The notes below the pieces were generated by a model. The model searched no databases. It saw only the letters and a program-made list of their open reading frames with translations, and had not been told where the DNA came from. A stretch of 62,000 nucleotides of DNA. It comes from Acanthaster planci. Lineage: Eukaryota. Both the position numbers and the translations under genes were made by a program. The stretch is taken from contig NW_019091404.1 in NCBI RefSeq assembly GCF_001949145.1, positions 310,001 through 372,000 of the forward strand, in the 5' to 3' direction. Positions 1-12,418 of this stretch are shown here, piece after piece. Position 1 is the stretch's first letter; each line of letters starts with the position of its first letter.

Positions 1-2300
1 TCCCTTCGTTTTTATGATGATTTTTTCCATATTCATGAGCAAAACTATGATGTCATCCCACGAAAAGCCTCAATGCTACACTTGTTTGTACCCAAAACTG
101 CGCCGCATTTGGTAGATTTTGCTGAACCAACAGTTTTTCTTTGATGAGACCGTGTGCATAGCAACAAGCAGGCATCATGCCCTTTCTTAGAAACGATTTC
201 AGTAAGTAAATTGTGGGTTCACAACTTGAACAGAAAAAACCCATGCACTGAAATAATGTCTTCCATAGATAACATCACGGCAACAGCGCTCTCAGTTGTC
301 TAGGAATTCGGCATTGATGATTTTTAAAAGTTTTAAAAAGTGTACTTGTCAATGCGCTTACCCAAATGGGAATGTAAAAGAGTTTTCACACATTGAAGAA
401 GAGTACAAAGTTGCAGAAAAACTGTGTTTAGGAATAATTCATTGCAGCCACACTTTAACAGATGTCAAGCAACGCCTGTATGAATGTAGAAAGCAGCTGC
501 AAATTTCCATCTGTCCAGCGTAACAAAGTTCCGGTATCATGTCGTCAACCATCGACGTCAGAATTCCGTAGCCCAGCATGGTACTGATATCGCACAGCAA
601 GTACATGTACATCTATATGTACAGGTTTGAATGTGTTTACATAGGTTGCATGGGTGCTTGGAATACATGTAATGCTGAAAAACATTAAGAGTGCTGCAGA
701 CTAAACTGCGCTGCGATACAAGACTACACACAGCTGGCAATTATGAGTATCGTAAGATCTGGTCCTCCTCAGCCAGTCTTTTGCAGAACTGGTCGGAATT
801 TAAATGTCCAAGATATTGAAGCAGCCATATCAAATCGCTCAACGACACTCCTTCCCAATTATCCTGCTATTTTTATACTGAAATGACAAATATGTGAAGT
901 AGGGTTAAGTTCCGCATTCTACTGCCACTGTATGTAATTAACTACACGTACCAAGGCAGGATTACTACACATGTAGCATATTATCAAAGTTTCTGTTTAA
1001 TTTTCTAAACTTCGCGTAGGCCTATGGCACTCGAGCTCCAAGCAGCGAGTGCGCAAATAAATGCAGTTGGAATTTGGACTTGGCCAGATAGAAACAGTAA
1101 ACATAGACAGCGTGGCCTGCCAGCAAGTACTTAATTGACTCAGGAAAGCAAGACGTAGTAACTTTGCCAAACCTTTTCAGATAAGTAATACTCTACTTAC
1201 AGTGAATCGGACATTCTTTCGGACCATTTCATTTAGCTTAGTACTAGATGGCAATCACCCTTCCCACTGTGGTTCACCGGCCCGCAACGCACCTGTCACC
1301 GGATGCTAACTGGGCCAACTGGCTTAACGCAGCCATACCAACACCACTCACTCTGGTTGACCCGTGCAGCACTTCAACTGGTACGGGTATGATCGATGGG
1401 ACTTGATTGCTTTGTTAGAGCTGAAGTTGCGACGGTTCTCTAAATTGCACCCCAGTTCTATACCTACCCGAGGAATGGCAAACACGATCACTTACCTGTC
1501 GAACAACAGAGCTTTGAACAACCACTTTACAAAACGAGAACACACGCTCCGCTTCACAGAAAGTCTATACGCTATATCATATGCATGACAGTGTCAGCGA
1601 ATGCACGGATGTGGAGTGGGCGTGCACTGGTGTCCTACCAGAAAGCAGAATTTGTGGCAGTTCAGTTCAGCTGAACTGAATATACGTGTACTTCATGGCC
1701 TGTTATTATGCGTGGAGAGTAGTAGGCCAATGGGAACTAACGCATCCTTCCGTTTAAAGAAGACAAGTTTTATTTTCATTAGATTTCATAATGTAGGCCC
1801 CCTAGTTGTTCGTTAACTTACGTTAGCGGCGTCTCTCCGTCAGACACTCCGTAGTCTGGTTACGGGGACACTTTGGCTCAGTGTGTCTCCGCCTTGAGAA
1901 ACATTTACTCTGAGGGCTTGTTACATAATGAAAGCCAGCTTGGCTGGTCGTACAGAAGACCCAAGTGCTTATCCCCGAAGTCCTGCTCCCCTCTACGGTG
2001 ACTGAGATTCGGGAAGTTATACAGTGTACGTGTAATCCCAAACTGGGAGGCTTGCAGTTGTTGGACAAAAGTGATAGCTTGTTTGCATTGGTAGACAGGA
2101 TCAAAGGCAAAGGTCAAATCTTATTCATGTCGGTGCACTTACCTTTCGTTGTAATCAGTTGTCAAACCACAAATTAGGGCTGAATGTAAGGCCCACAAGA
2201 ATTCAATTTACAACACGGTTTCATCTGTATCGTGTACTAGCTGCAATACGAAACTAAGTGCAGGTCAAAATATTGGCATGAACCTCTGTACAAAACAATA

Positions 2301-2468
2301 CGGCCGTTTCACAACAGTGCGCCACCATGAGTTTGCAACGCGTTGGCCAATCACAGTGCGCGAAATTTGTCGACCTAATGCGCGTTTGGAAAGGGTCGAC
2401 AAATTTCGCGCGTTATGATTGGCCAACGTGATGCAAACTCTTGGTGGCGCGCTATTGTGAGTCGCCCG
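2301..2468. mobile_element. Palindromic MITE, family 1
   Basis: Near-perfect fold-back CGGCCGTTTCACAA...TTGTGAGTCGCCCG flanked by TA. An inverted copy lies at 38813-38981. Confidence 0.8.
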
Positions 2469-3842
2469 TATTCAGTAAACAATCACGGCGCCTGAAAGTG
2501 AGACGTGCGACCTCGACCTAATTCTTTTCTCTTCCTCCGACACGTCAATTTTTTTAGCAACTGTTTTTCATTTAGAGTTCTCTGTGTTTTACGCCTGGCA
2601 TAAAGTAACTCTAGATACGCATCATTCTCATCTGAATCAAGTTTAACAAGGCAGCAACAGTATTGAGGGCGCACTTCCAATTTACGGTCTCCAGTTTTGC
2701 ACACAACAAATGTGCCCCCCTCCCCCTAAACTGTGAAGGCCAAGACGACTCAAACACACCTGCGTATTTACTGATTGAAGTTCAAATACATGCAACAGCT
2801 TATTTCACTGTGGTTAATCAATTCTCTTTTTTTATTTTCCCGACAACTATCCAGCCATAGCCTAATATACCGCACTGGCCTACATGTACAATTACAACGA
2901 TTTCCCCCTTTCCTGTATTGTGGGGTAGAATGGTGAACATGCAACGAACTGTTTCTGACGCCCGAACTGACGACATACTTCGGGAAATATTTGAAAAATA
3001 TACACTTTGTGATAATTCATATACGAGTACTGTTACAATATCTATTTCACATAAATGTACATCATGGAAACAAGCTAAATGGAACAATGGTGTCACTTGT
3101 AAGCTTCTGCTTGCTAGATGAATACCGAACTGAAACGATACATTAATATACAACCATTTGTGTCTTGCGAGAGACGTAGCGAAGCGAGAACGGCCTCTTG
3201 GTGCATATTTCCTTCAGTGGTGGTTGATAACGGTGGTACAACGACCAAATCTGCTTTACACTTTCGGCTAAAACATGACCAGAACGATAATATTTAAGAA
3301 ATAAAGAACCACTGTAATTAGAGTTCAGCTTTACATCACGCTGTTCGTTTGCACAACAGGGAAGGGGGGGGGGGAAACAAGCGGCAGACTACCAGTTGAG
3401 TCTGCTGCCACCAAGAGATGCCTAAACCCTCCTGGCGAGCATGGATAAAGCCGTGTCCGAACGTTGCGACTGTGGATGAAAATAACTAACACACAAGTAT
3501 AAGGGAAGCGGCTGCAACTAGACTCCTCGCCAGTGGCTTCCCAGACTTCACGTATCATTTTCAGACTCAGACATTGCATGTACTTTCGGCTACACGGCTG
3601 GATGGGCCATCCTCAAACCTACTGTACATTCCCAGCTCGCAAGTCAGTACCACCGGTAAATTTATAACACAACACCTGATTTGAGTAATGTACATTGATC
3701 AACAACGGCGAGGGCAAGGCATTCACCGCTTCTGAGTAACCATTTTACTAACTACAAAATTAACTTAATTAACCAACTTAAGAAACGTTAAGGAAAAAAA
3801 ATGAGAAATAACCAGCCCCAGGGCCATATAGATACGATTATA

Positions 3843-4011
3843 CAGTCGAACCTTGCTAATAAGAGCACATAAAGGACATTTTTAACTTCCAGTCTTTTGT
3901 TCTTCATTATTTTCATTCTTGATAATATAGTACAAGGTTTCTGGTATAACAAAGTAAGCTGCTAAGTCCAATGGACCTGTTACATGTACACGAATTAACG
4001 AGGTTCGATTG
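3843..4011. mobile_element. Tc1/mariner(pogo)-type MITE
   Basis: TIRs CAGTCGAACCT and AGGTTCGATTG with TA on both sides. Confidence 0.65.
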
Positions 4012-6235
4012 TACACCTAAACCCTTTCTAGATACCATTAAAGTCAACAGAACCTATGAGGTTTGATTGCTATATCTGTACACATCTCTTATGTGATGTC
4101 TTGAACAAACCAAAAACCAATCAGGCGAGGAGAGACTATTTCCAAAACGCACAACAAAGACGGTCATACTGAATGACACGTAATTTCAATACATGTACAT
4201 GATTTGAATAATCAATGTCATTTATCGTCACATAATTATTGGATATACAACAATACATTAATCCCCCCAAGCAAAAGAACTGAACATACGGTTGACATTC
4301 TGAAATAACTGTACCGATTTTCAAAGCACATGTATAATGTTTATCTGTAACCAAACCAACATGTTTCCTGAAGGTGTGTCAAGTCTCATAGTTCTGCAGA
4401 AAGTCCTGGCGAAATTGTTTTAGATGAGCGCCCAACGTCAGGGAGGTCCCATGGAGAAAGCAACGCTTTGCAAGTTCGTGTTCCAAGCATAAATGAGCAG
4501 GGAAGCAGTAACGTATGGTAGGGTATATGTTGCGTATGGTACTTCGGCTGGTAACCTGTTCTATCTATTAGCATACGTCATTCTGTGCTATGCAAGTTTC
4601 TGTGCTGTGGGAGCTGTGTGAAAAACCTTTTGAGTTTCTTGATGGCTTCGTTTAGGCTGCATCAGACTCTGTTGTCTAGAGCTAGGTCTAGGTCTTCGTT
4701 CCATTGGAAATGCACGGAGACGCACAGACAATAGACCTCTGGAAGCCCGTTTCGGACACGGCCGTACAGTTGAGTCAAAGGCCTGTTTTGCACCCTGGAT
4801 CATGAGCTGAAAGACAAGGCAAAATGTACTGCATACGGGCCCACTAACGATGGCAGGGCGCAATTAAGTCCAACCCATCACAAGTCCTGTCACAAGTCAG
4901 ATGGCAAGGACTAGAGGGACTAACTATGATAGATTGTCCCTGTTCATTACGATAGCTTGTGATTGGACCATCTAGAGCTGACTAGTGACGGCTTGCTATG
5001 ACCAGAGACAGACTTGACTGTAACATAAGCTTGAAGCAGTCAAAACTGTCCCATCAATCACCGAACGCCTGCCCCGTGTTGCTGCGAACTGCAAACAACA
5101 CGGTATGAACCAGAGAGGTCTCTCTCAACAGAGGCAGTGAACCGTTCGTTAAAACAGTAAGTTTAATAACATAAGCTGAAGAGTTACAAGTTTCCATGTG
5201 CCTCATAGATTGGTTGGTACAGTGAAAATAAAAATGTACAGTACTTTGTATTGAAGTGCATGAAGGCATAGAACCATATGCCTACGGTACCCGACACTCA
5301 AAATCAAATTCTTTTGTACATCTGCATCTGCATACAAGGATTCCTGATCCCCTTTTGTACAATACACGACATGAGACTTTGGGGTAACTTGCCCGCCAAC
5401 TTTTTGTCCCAAATTTACAATCCCTACAGCTACTGCACGAGGGAAGCCAGATTAGAGTGCTGTTGAATATTCATGCTATGCATGCACTTGATGCATAGTT
5501 ATGATCTAGCTAAGCATCTTCATTGGCTGAATGCTTAAGTGGGGCAGAAACTGGTTGTGTTCTCTTTCTGCGTGACATGTTCATATTATGTCAGTGAGTA
5601 AAACGTTTCCATGTCTTGCTGCATAATGTACCTCAATTATGATTTGCAATGGGTTGGAATGTATTTCATATTCAAATTTACTTATTTTTTGCACAAATAA
5701 CTTGCTCAATTCGTATGCTACATGATAAACATCACATGGCTTATTTCAAGTAGATTGACCATCATCAGTTCCTTTGTGAACTGCACATATATCAAATTAT
5801 TTTGCAATCTCCTAAAATCTGTGGGAACTATGGCATAAATGTACTCGCTTCCCCTCCAACTATGTTACATTTGTACAATATGCTATTTAGAAAAAGCAAT
5901 TCCTCACGTCTGATTTTCCAAAATTGATGGTTAGACTTTTAAACCAATCTTTTCCTTATAAATATCAACACCGATTTGGACAATTCCTTGCTTAAATCTG
6001 CTTCACCCAATAGAATATCACTTTACTGGAGCTACAATGCCTAAACTGTGACAAAAGCAGAGATTGGACGACGGGTTGTTTAATGCAAGTTGCAAGAGCT
6101 TTGGCTCCGCCCACACAGATCCTTTCAGCCAATTGTGCAGCTGTGACATCTACTTGGGTGTGAAAGCACAAAGATACTTGGATGAGCTGCTTCAACCTAC
6201 TGTTATTTGGCTTCTGATTGGCCATCAGTGCGAAC

Positions 6236-9200
6236 TCAAAATGTCACCCAGCCAGGATTGCTGCTCCCAGTTCTGAACAAGAGAAATCGCAGAAGATGGA
6301 AGTTGTTACAATAGCATAACTTTTATCTATGATCGAGCATGTCAGATTTCTGTGGTGCACACTGGATTTGTTGTTGGAAGGGGCCTATCTGACATGACTA
6401 ACTTAATGTCCCATGGTGCACCCGGGATTTGCTGTTGTCCTATGATGCCTAGTTATCATGGTTGTAGTGCAAAATCATGGGTACAGAATTTACCCCCAAA
6501 TGCTCCAAGGTTCCCCCCCCCCGGTTGCGCCACTAGGGAAGTGGGTGTAATTTGTATCTTACAGTGTAGCTTTTCAGAAAATAAAAGACCTGGGGAGGGG
6601 GCTCATGCCCCCAAGAGCCCCCCTCTCCCAGGTGCACCACTGTCAGATTTGACTCCACACTTTTTAGAGTTCAGTTTTTCTTAAGTTCCACAATCAGTTT
6701 TTAACTTAATACTGCTAAAAGCCAATTGGAAAGGCATCACACTTTTGCCTCATATTTAACATCTGGACAATCCCCAGCTGAAAATGAAGAGATCAGAGAT
6801 CAACGTAAAGTACATGGTTCAAAATAAGAGACTGGCAGTCGGTATTGTTAAAGTGCAGGGCAGCATTGCTTTATTGCCCAGAGGAGCATGGTTTCTGCTC
6901 ACACGGTCAAAGACTTACAGCAGGTAAAGAAAACGGTGTAAGATAATTGAAAGGTACATACTGTGCACTTGTAAAATCTCCCCAGTCTGTTGACCCCGAG
7001 GGCTGTTGTGTCTGTGGTTGTGTCATGGGTTGTGTGGTGGGTTGTGTCATGGGTGGCCCTCCAAACCCTCCTAGTAGGTCAAAATTGCTCTGTGGTTGAT
7101 TATTGCCACCTGCACGACATGGACATGCGAGGAATAAACTTTATAACAGGTTTGTGTCAATAGATAACCATGTGCAGCCTAACAAAATAACCACAGGCTG
7201 GTACCAAACCACAAGCCAATCAGGCCAATGTTTCTATTTCTCATATTGGCCACGGTGATGCTAAACGTTGCTTTGGAGACGGAAGATAAAACTGAAAAAG
7301 TGAACGCAGCAAATAATTGTATAAATTGAGTTGAGCAGACACCAGCACCAAGGTGGGGGAGCGGGTAAGCGTAGCGGTTCTTTCCTTGCTTTGCACCAAT
7401 GAGGCCTGGGTTCGAGTCCCGGCTTGGCCCAGGCTTTAAGTGCATTTGGTTTCCAGTCCTTACTCGNNNNNNNNNNNNNNNNNNNNNNNNNNNNNNNNNN
7501 NNNNNNNNNNNNNNNNNNNNNNNNNNNNNNNNNNNNNNNNNNNNNNNNNNNNNNNNNNNNNNNNNNNNNNNNNNNNNNNNNNNNNNNNNNNNNNNNNNNN
7601 NNNNNNNNNNNNNNNNNNNNNNNNNNNNNNNNNNNNNNNNNNNNNNNNNNNNNNNNNNNNNNNNNNNNNNNNNNNNNNNNNNNNNNNNNNNNNNNNNNNN
7701 NNNNNNNNNNNNNNNNNNNNNNNNNNNNNNNNNNNNNNNNNNNNNNNNNNNNNNNNNNNNNNNNNNNNNNNNNNNNNNNNNNNNNNNNNNNNNNNNNNNN
7801 NNNNNNNNNNNNNNNNNNNNNNNNNNNNNNNNNNNNNNNNNNNNNNNNNNNNNNNNNNNNNNNNNNNNNNNNNNNNNNNNNNNNNNNNNNNNNNNNNNNN
7901 NNNNNNNNNNNNNNNNNNNNNNNNNNNNNNNNNNNNNNNNNNNNNNNNNNNNNNNNNNNNNNNNNNNNNNNNNNNNNNNNNNNNNNNNNNNNNNNNNNNN
8001 NNNNNNNNNNNNNNNNNNNNNNNNNNNNNNNNNNNNNNNNNNNNNNNNNNNNNNNNNNNNNNNNNNNNNNNNNNNNNNNNNNNNNNNNNNNNNNNNNNNN
8101 NNNNNNNNNNNNNNNNNNNNNNNNNNNNNNNNNNNNNAGATAATCTATTTAAGTCCAAAATAATGCGAGGTCTGTCAAAGAGAGAAAGATTTGGCAAAAG
8201 CTCATACAGAAGAAACAGCAAATTAAGACAAAGAGGGATTGCTAATTTTCAGTGATGTGTGCCTTTGCAGTAACAATTCTCTCTGGTACACTATCACAGC
8301 ACAAGTACCCTGAATCAAACAAATGTCTTACCCCGATGTTGATCTTGATAGTCTGGCCTTCTTTGAAGCCAAGATCTAGTTTTGGACCCGGGTTCTGTGC
8401 AGCCGTCTTTTCTTGTTCTTCTATCTCCTTAGATTGCTTGAGCCACCTCAAGGAAGAAATACGTAAAATGTGACTTTCAAGTTAAACGCAAAATCTACAA
8501 ATCGATCCACTGACTCTGGGACCATTCTTTTAGATTTGACATGGAAGCCTCAAACATGAAGAACATGATAGAATCTCACTTGAAATGGTCTTGCAGTGCC
8601 ACGTTGAAATCAAAGGAGTCACCTCTGTCTGTAAAACCAATGCCTATAAATGCCTTTCGACCTGCAAAGATTAAGAAGAAAATGACAATGCAGGCTATTC
8701 ACAATGCAGTGCGCCACCAAGAGGTTGTTACGGAGAGCCTGTCTTGCGGTGCATTATGGGATAAATAGTCAACGCAGTCTCACTCAATTGCGCTGTGTGC
8801 GGAAAACTTGAATTTTTTCCGAATATTTGTTTATCTTGGTTGAAAATTTGAAATTGCTTATTATGAATGGGTTTTAAGTATTCAAAATGATTGTTTTGTG
8901 CAGTGCAGGGAACACCTCAATCAAATATCCCCAAATTATGTAACGTACGAAGTGCGACGGCTTGTCGGCAGTAAACTTGAAAAGTGGCCTGTCTGTCGCA
9001 AACTCTTGGTGGCGCGCTGTATTATGAACTGCCCACATTTGTGTGATATTTTGCAAAGCAAGGAGTTCTGTGCGAGAGTGGACGGGCAGGTCCCAAAATG
9101 GAACATTAAAGCCGTTACATAATTGGAGCAGGTACAACGAAGAGAAAAAACAAGCATGTCGGTTCCTATTGCCACAAATCTACAAATACTGAAAACGTTT

Positions 9201-11979
9201 TGACTCGGATTTTAATCCTGCACCCGCACTGAGTACAAGTCCCCCTCAGAGTGAACAAACCTCCATCCGATATCCTGATGACAAAGTAGCGACTGGAATC
9301 TAGCACTGCCTCCACTGCTATGCTGGGGTATGCTTCGACGGGAGCCTCGGCAAACAGTTCACCTGTAAGGTGGACGGCAAATCCAGGCATAGCCCTAAGT
9401 TTACCCAAACGACTGCTTTCCTTCACGGTTATGGATATTTATTTCAACACGATTAAGCCTTTTGCGAGTTAACTTTGAATAAAATCTGGTACACTGAGTT
9501 ATTTGATTGTAGGTGGAAACAATAATTTGAATTCACTGTTGCTACATGTATACCTGGTGATTCAGGGCAAACTTTTGCATAGCGACCACCATCTCTGGAA
9601 TGGCCTGCTTCCTTTGTGCCCTTCTCATCCATTGGAAAACAGTGTATTGGTGCAAGGCGTCTCTTAGTAACTAAGCAAACGCTGGCCCTGAATCATGAGG
9701 TATACATGTAGCAAGAGTGTCTTCAGTCTGGAGAATTCAAATTGTTCCATTCATGTGAATTTAAAGAGCTCATTGTGCCAGATTTTATTCAAATCTAACT
9801 CGCAGAAATATTTCCTAGGCTTTGGGTTGAGGAGCTGGCTGTAACAGGATGGATTTTTGACACCTTGACCTATACAGATCACGGACGNNNNNNNNNNNNN
9901 NNNNNNNNNNNNNNNNNNNNNNNNNNNNNNNNNNNNNNNNNNNNNNNNNNNNNNNNNNNNNNNNNNNNNNNNNNNNNNNNNNNNNNNNNNNNNNNNNNNN
10001 NNNNNNNNNNNNNNNNNNNNNNNNNNNNNNNNNNNNNNNNNNNNNNNNNNNNNNNNNNNNNNNNNNNNNNNNNNNNNNNNNNNNNNNNNNNNNNNNNNNN
10101 NNNNNNNNNNNNNNNNNNNNNNNNNNNNNNNNNNNNNNNNNNNNNNNNNNNNNNNNNNNNNNNNNNNNNNNNNNNNNNNNNNNNNNNNNNNNNNNNNNNN
10201 NNNNNNNNNNNNNNNNNNNNNNNNNNNNNNNNNNNNNNNNNNNNNNNNNNNNNNNNNNNNNNNNNNNNNNNNNNNNNNNNNNNNNNNNNNNNNNNNNNNN
10301 NNNNNNNNNNNNNNNNNNNNNNNNNNNNNNNNNNNNNNNNNNNNNNNNNNNNNNNNNNNNNNNNNNNNNNNNNNNNNNNNNNNNNNNNNNNNNNNNNNNN
10401 NNNNNNNNNNNNNNNNNNNNNNNNNNNNNNNNNNNNNNNNNNNNNNNNNNNNNNNNNNNNNNNNNNNNNNNNNNNNNNNNNNNNNNNNNNNNNNNNNNNN
10501 NNNNNNNNNNNNNNNNNNNNNNNNNNNNNNNNNNNNNNNNNNNNNNNNNNNNNNNNNNNNNNNNNNNNNNNNNNNNNNNNNNNNNNNNNNNNNNNNNNNN
10601 NNNNNNNNNNNNNNNNNNNNNNNNNNNNNNNNNNNNNNNNNNNNNNNNAGGTACGAATTTCAGGCCTGAGTGAATTATGGGCATTGAAACTACCGAATAT
10701 TTAGGTCAACATGAAACTCATCTTGCTCGATATGGGCACATTTACCTCCTTTGTCTTCCAGTCTGATGACACAATCTTTTCCCCGCGCAACAATTCGGAG
10801 CCTCCCGGTCCAGTCTGGAGCGTCCAGCTTCCATTCTGACGCTCTATAAGAACAGACAAAATCCTCTCAGCCACCTTTCCATTGTGTTAGCGGGCCAGGG
10901 CTGTAACTTTGTGCCAGAAATTTGGGGGGGGTTGGAACTGTGGGGGATGACTTGCCCCGACTTGGATAAGTGAAAAGTGGGAAAGAGGAGGTCTGACACC
11001 ATATGGCACTCTATAGGGGGCGATGTTCATGATACAGATGTGCATCTGCAGAAAGTGCCATTTCTACAGAATCTTAAATCAGAATTGCCTATTTATCACT
11101 TTGTTTACTGTTCTCCTCTCTGAGCGTTACTGAATACATTCTGGATGGTGGGTGAATATGTAAAAAAAATAGTCCAAAAAACTCTTCACAATCTGCCTTA
11201 ATTTTCGTTCTTCTTCCGCTTTCTGAGGGCTGAAATATCCTCGGCATTGGGGTAAAACAGCAGCGTACATCACGCGACGAACTTGACGAAGAGGTGTGAA
11301 CATAGACGAATTAATTAGCGAATGGAATTTGGCTCCTTGACCTGGACGAAGATTTTGATAGATCTGGATGCATCTCAGTATATTTACAATGGCCGGTTCT
11401 GGTGACCAGACAAGCAGTGAATTGTCAGCTGATTTGAAACAAAATAATCCTTACACTGTAGCTAGGGTAGAGGTACTGCATGGGTGATTTTGCACAATGG
11501 TAGAAAGGCAGTGCCTTGAAGGCTTGTGCTAGATCAGTCATGCGGTATTAGAAATATAAGGCTTAATTAATGGCATGGCCCAACTCAGCGGTGGTCATTC
11601 GCCATGTTCACCAAAACACCGGTAAGAAAATTGTGGATGTTTAACTTTAATTAAAATGTTGTCAAATTTAGCTCAACTAGAGCAGTAACGATTAAAGAAT
11701 AGATGGTCAAGGTCACAATGTCATATACCTTTTTTAAAAAGTAGGTTTTGTTTCCTTATTATACTAGAAATAGGGTGCTAATGTGATTGAATAGGGCATG
11801 GACATGATGGAAGTGGGCCTACCCCCCAGGCTCCATGAAGAACAGGACAACCATAATTATGACCAAGGCCAGTTCCGGACTTACCGGTAACCTCTGTTAC
11901 TTGTTCTTGGCGGAATTCTAGTGAAAACTTGAACCTCAGGCTTAACACACAAAACACGCTCATAAACGTCTGTAGACAT
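6236..11979 (-). CDS. NECAP: Adaptin ear-binding coat-associated protein (NECAP1/2 family), multi-exon
   Basis: Phase-consistent exons: 11885-11979 ([32 protein letters not shown]), 10746-10843 ([18 protein letters not shown]...LEDKG), 9261-9362 ([33 protein letters not shown]), 8580-8661 ([28 protein letters not shown]), 8332-8446 (WLKQ...[17 protein letters not shown]), 6962-7109 (FDLLGGF...DWGDF), 6236-6272 (NPGWVTF*). Matches the NECAP PHear domain, KEG motif and C-terminal WxxF. The phase 0 to 1 mismatch after 8332 implies at least one exon hidden in the N-gap 7467-8137. Confidence 0.96.
7353..7466 (+). mobile_element. tRNA-derived SINE head, truncated by the gap
   Basis: B box GGTTCGAGTCC preceded by an A-box-like segment. 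No complete cloverleaf. Runs into the N-gap. Confidence 0.55.
7467..8137. other. Assembly gap (other gaps: 9888-10648, 23050-23723, 25408-25869, 32424-33046)
   Basis: Runs of N. This gap should hide at least one NECAP exon. Confidence 0.99.
8692..9034. mobile_element. MITE related to family 1 (shared termini, different interior) in a NECAP intron
   Basis: The ends TTCACAATGCAGTGCGCCACCAAGAG and CTCTTGGTGGCGCGCTGTATTATGAA are inverted repeats matching the family 1 termini. Confidence 0.65.
9454..9808. mobile_element. Fold-back non-autonomous DNA element, family 2
   Basis: Long imperfect inverted arms (TTTGCGAGTTAACTTTGAATAAAATCTGG ... CCAGATTTTATTCAAATCTAACTCGCAGAAA) around a core shared with 39700-40088. 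Confidence 0.7.
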
Positions 11980-12418
11980 TTTCCTTTGCTATAAACGGCT
12001 AATGTAAGTGGAAATTAATGAAAAATATTCTGCCGAGCAGCAGACACATTGGCCGCAGGATGCGGAGGGTATCATACTAGATGACTGGTGCCATGTACGA
12101 CCGGCCAATAAAATAACTGATAGGTCGATTACCAATGAAGACTATTTAATATGAGCCCGAAGAGGGCGTTGGACAACATTCACAGAAATGTACGAGTTAG
12201 GCAGGGTGCAGTCCACTGTTCAAGTCCCATTGTAAATGTGAACAGTTGGAAAGGCTCGGAAATCGCAATTTCCTAAGCCGAATTCCGACGGCAGATTGAA
12301 CATATGATTTACAATTACCATGTTACGCAGAATAATATGATACATTATTTCTGCAAGGTAGCTGTCTGTAGCAGTTTCATTTGCTTCTCACCCAGTTCAG
12401 TCTCTCAGTGATGGAAGC
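11980..12418. promoter_or_regulatory. Putative bidirectional promoter between NECAP and receptor paralog A
   Basis: The two start codons face away from each other with 439 bp between them. Several CCAAT/ATTGG words lie at about 12048-12136. Confidence 0.55.
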
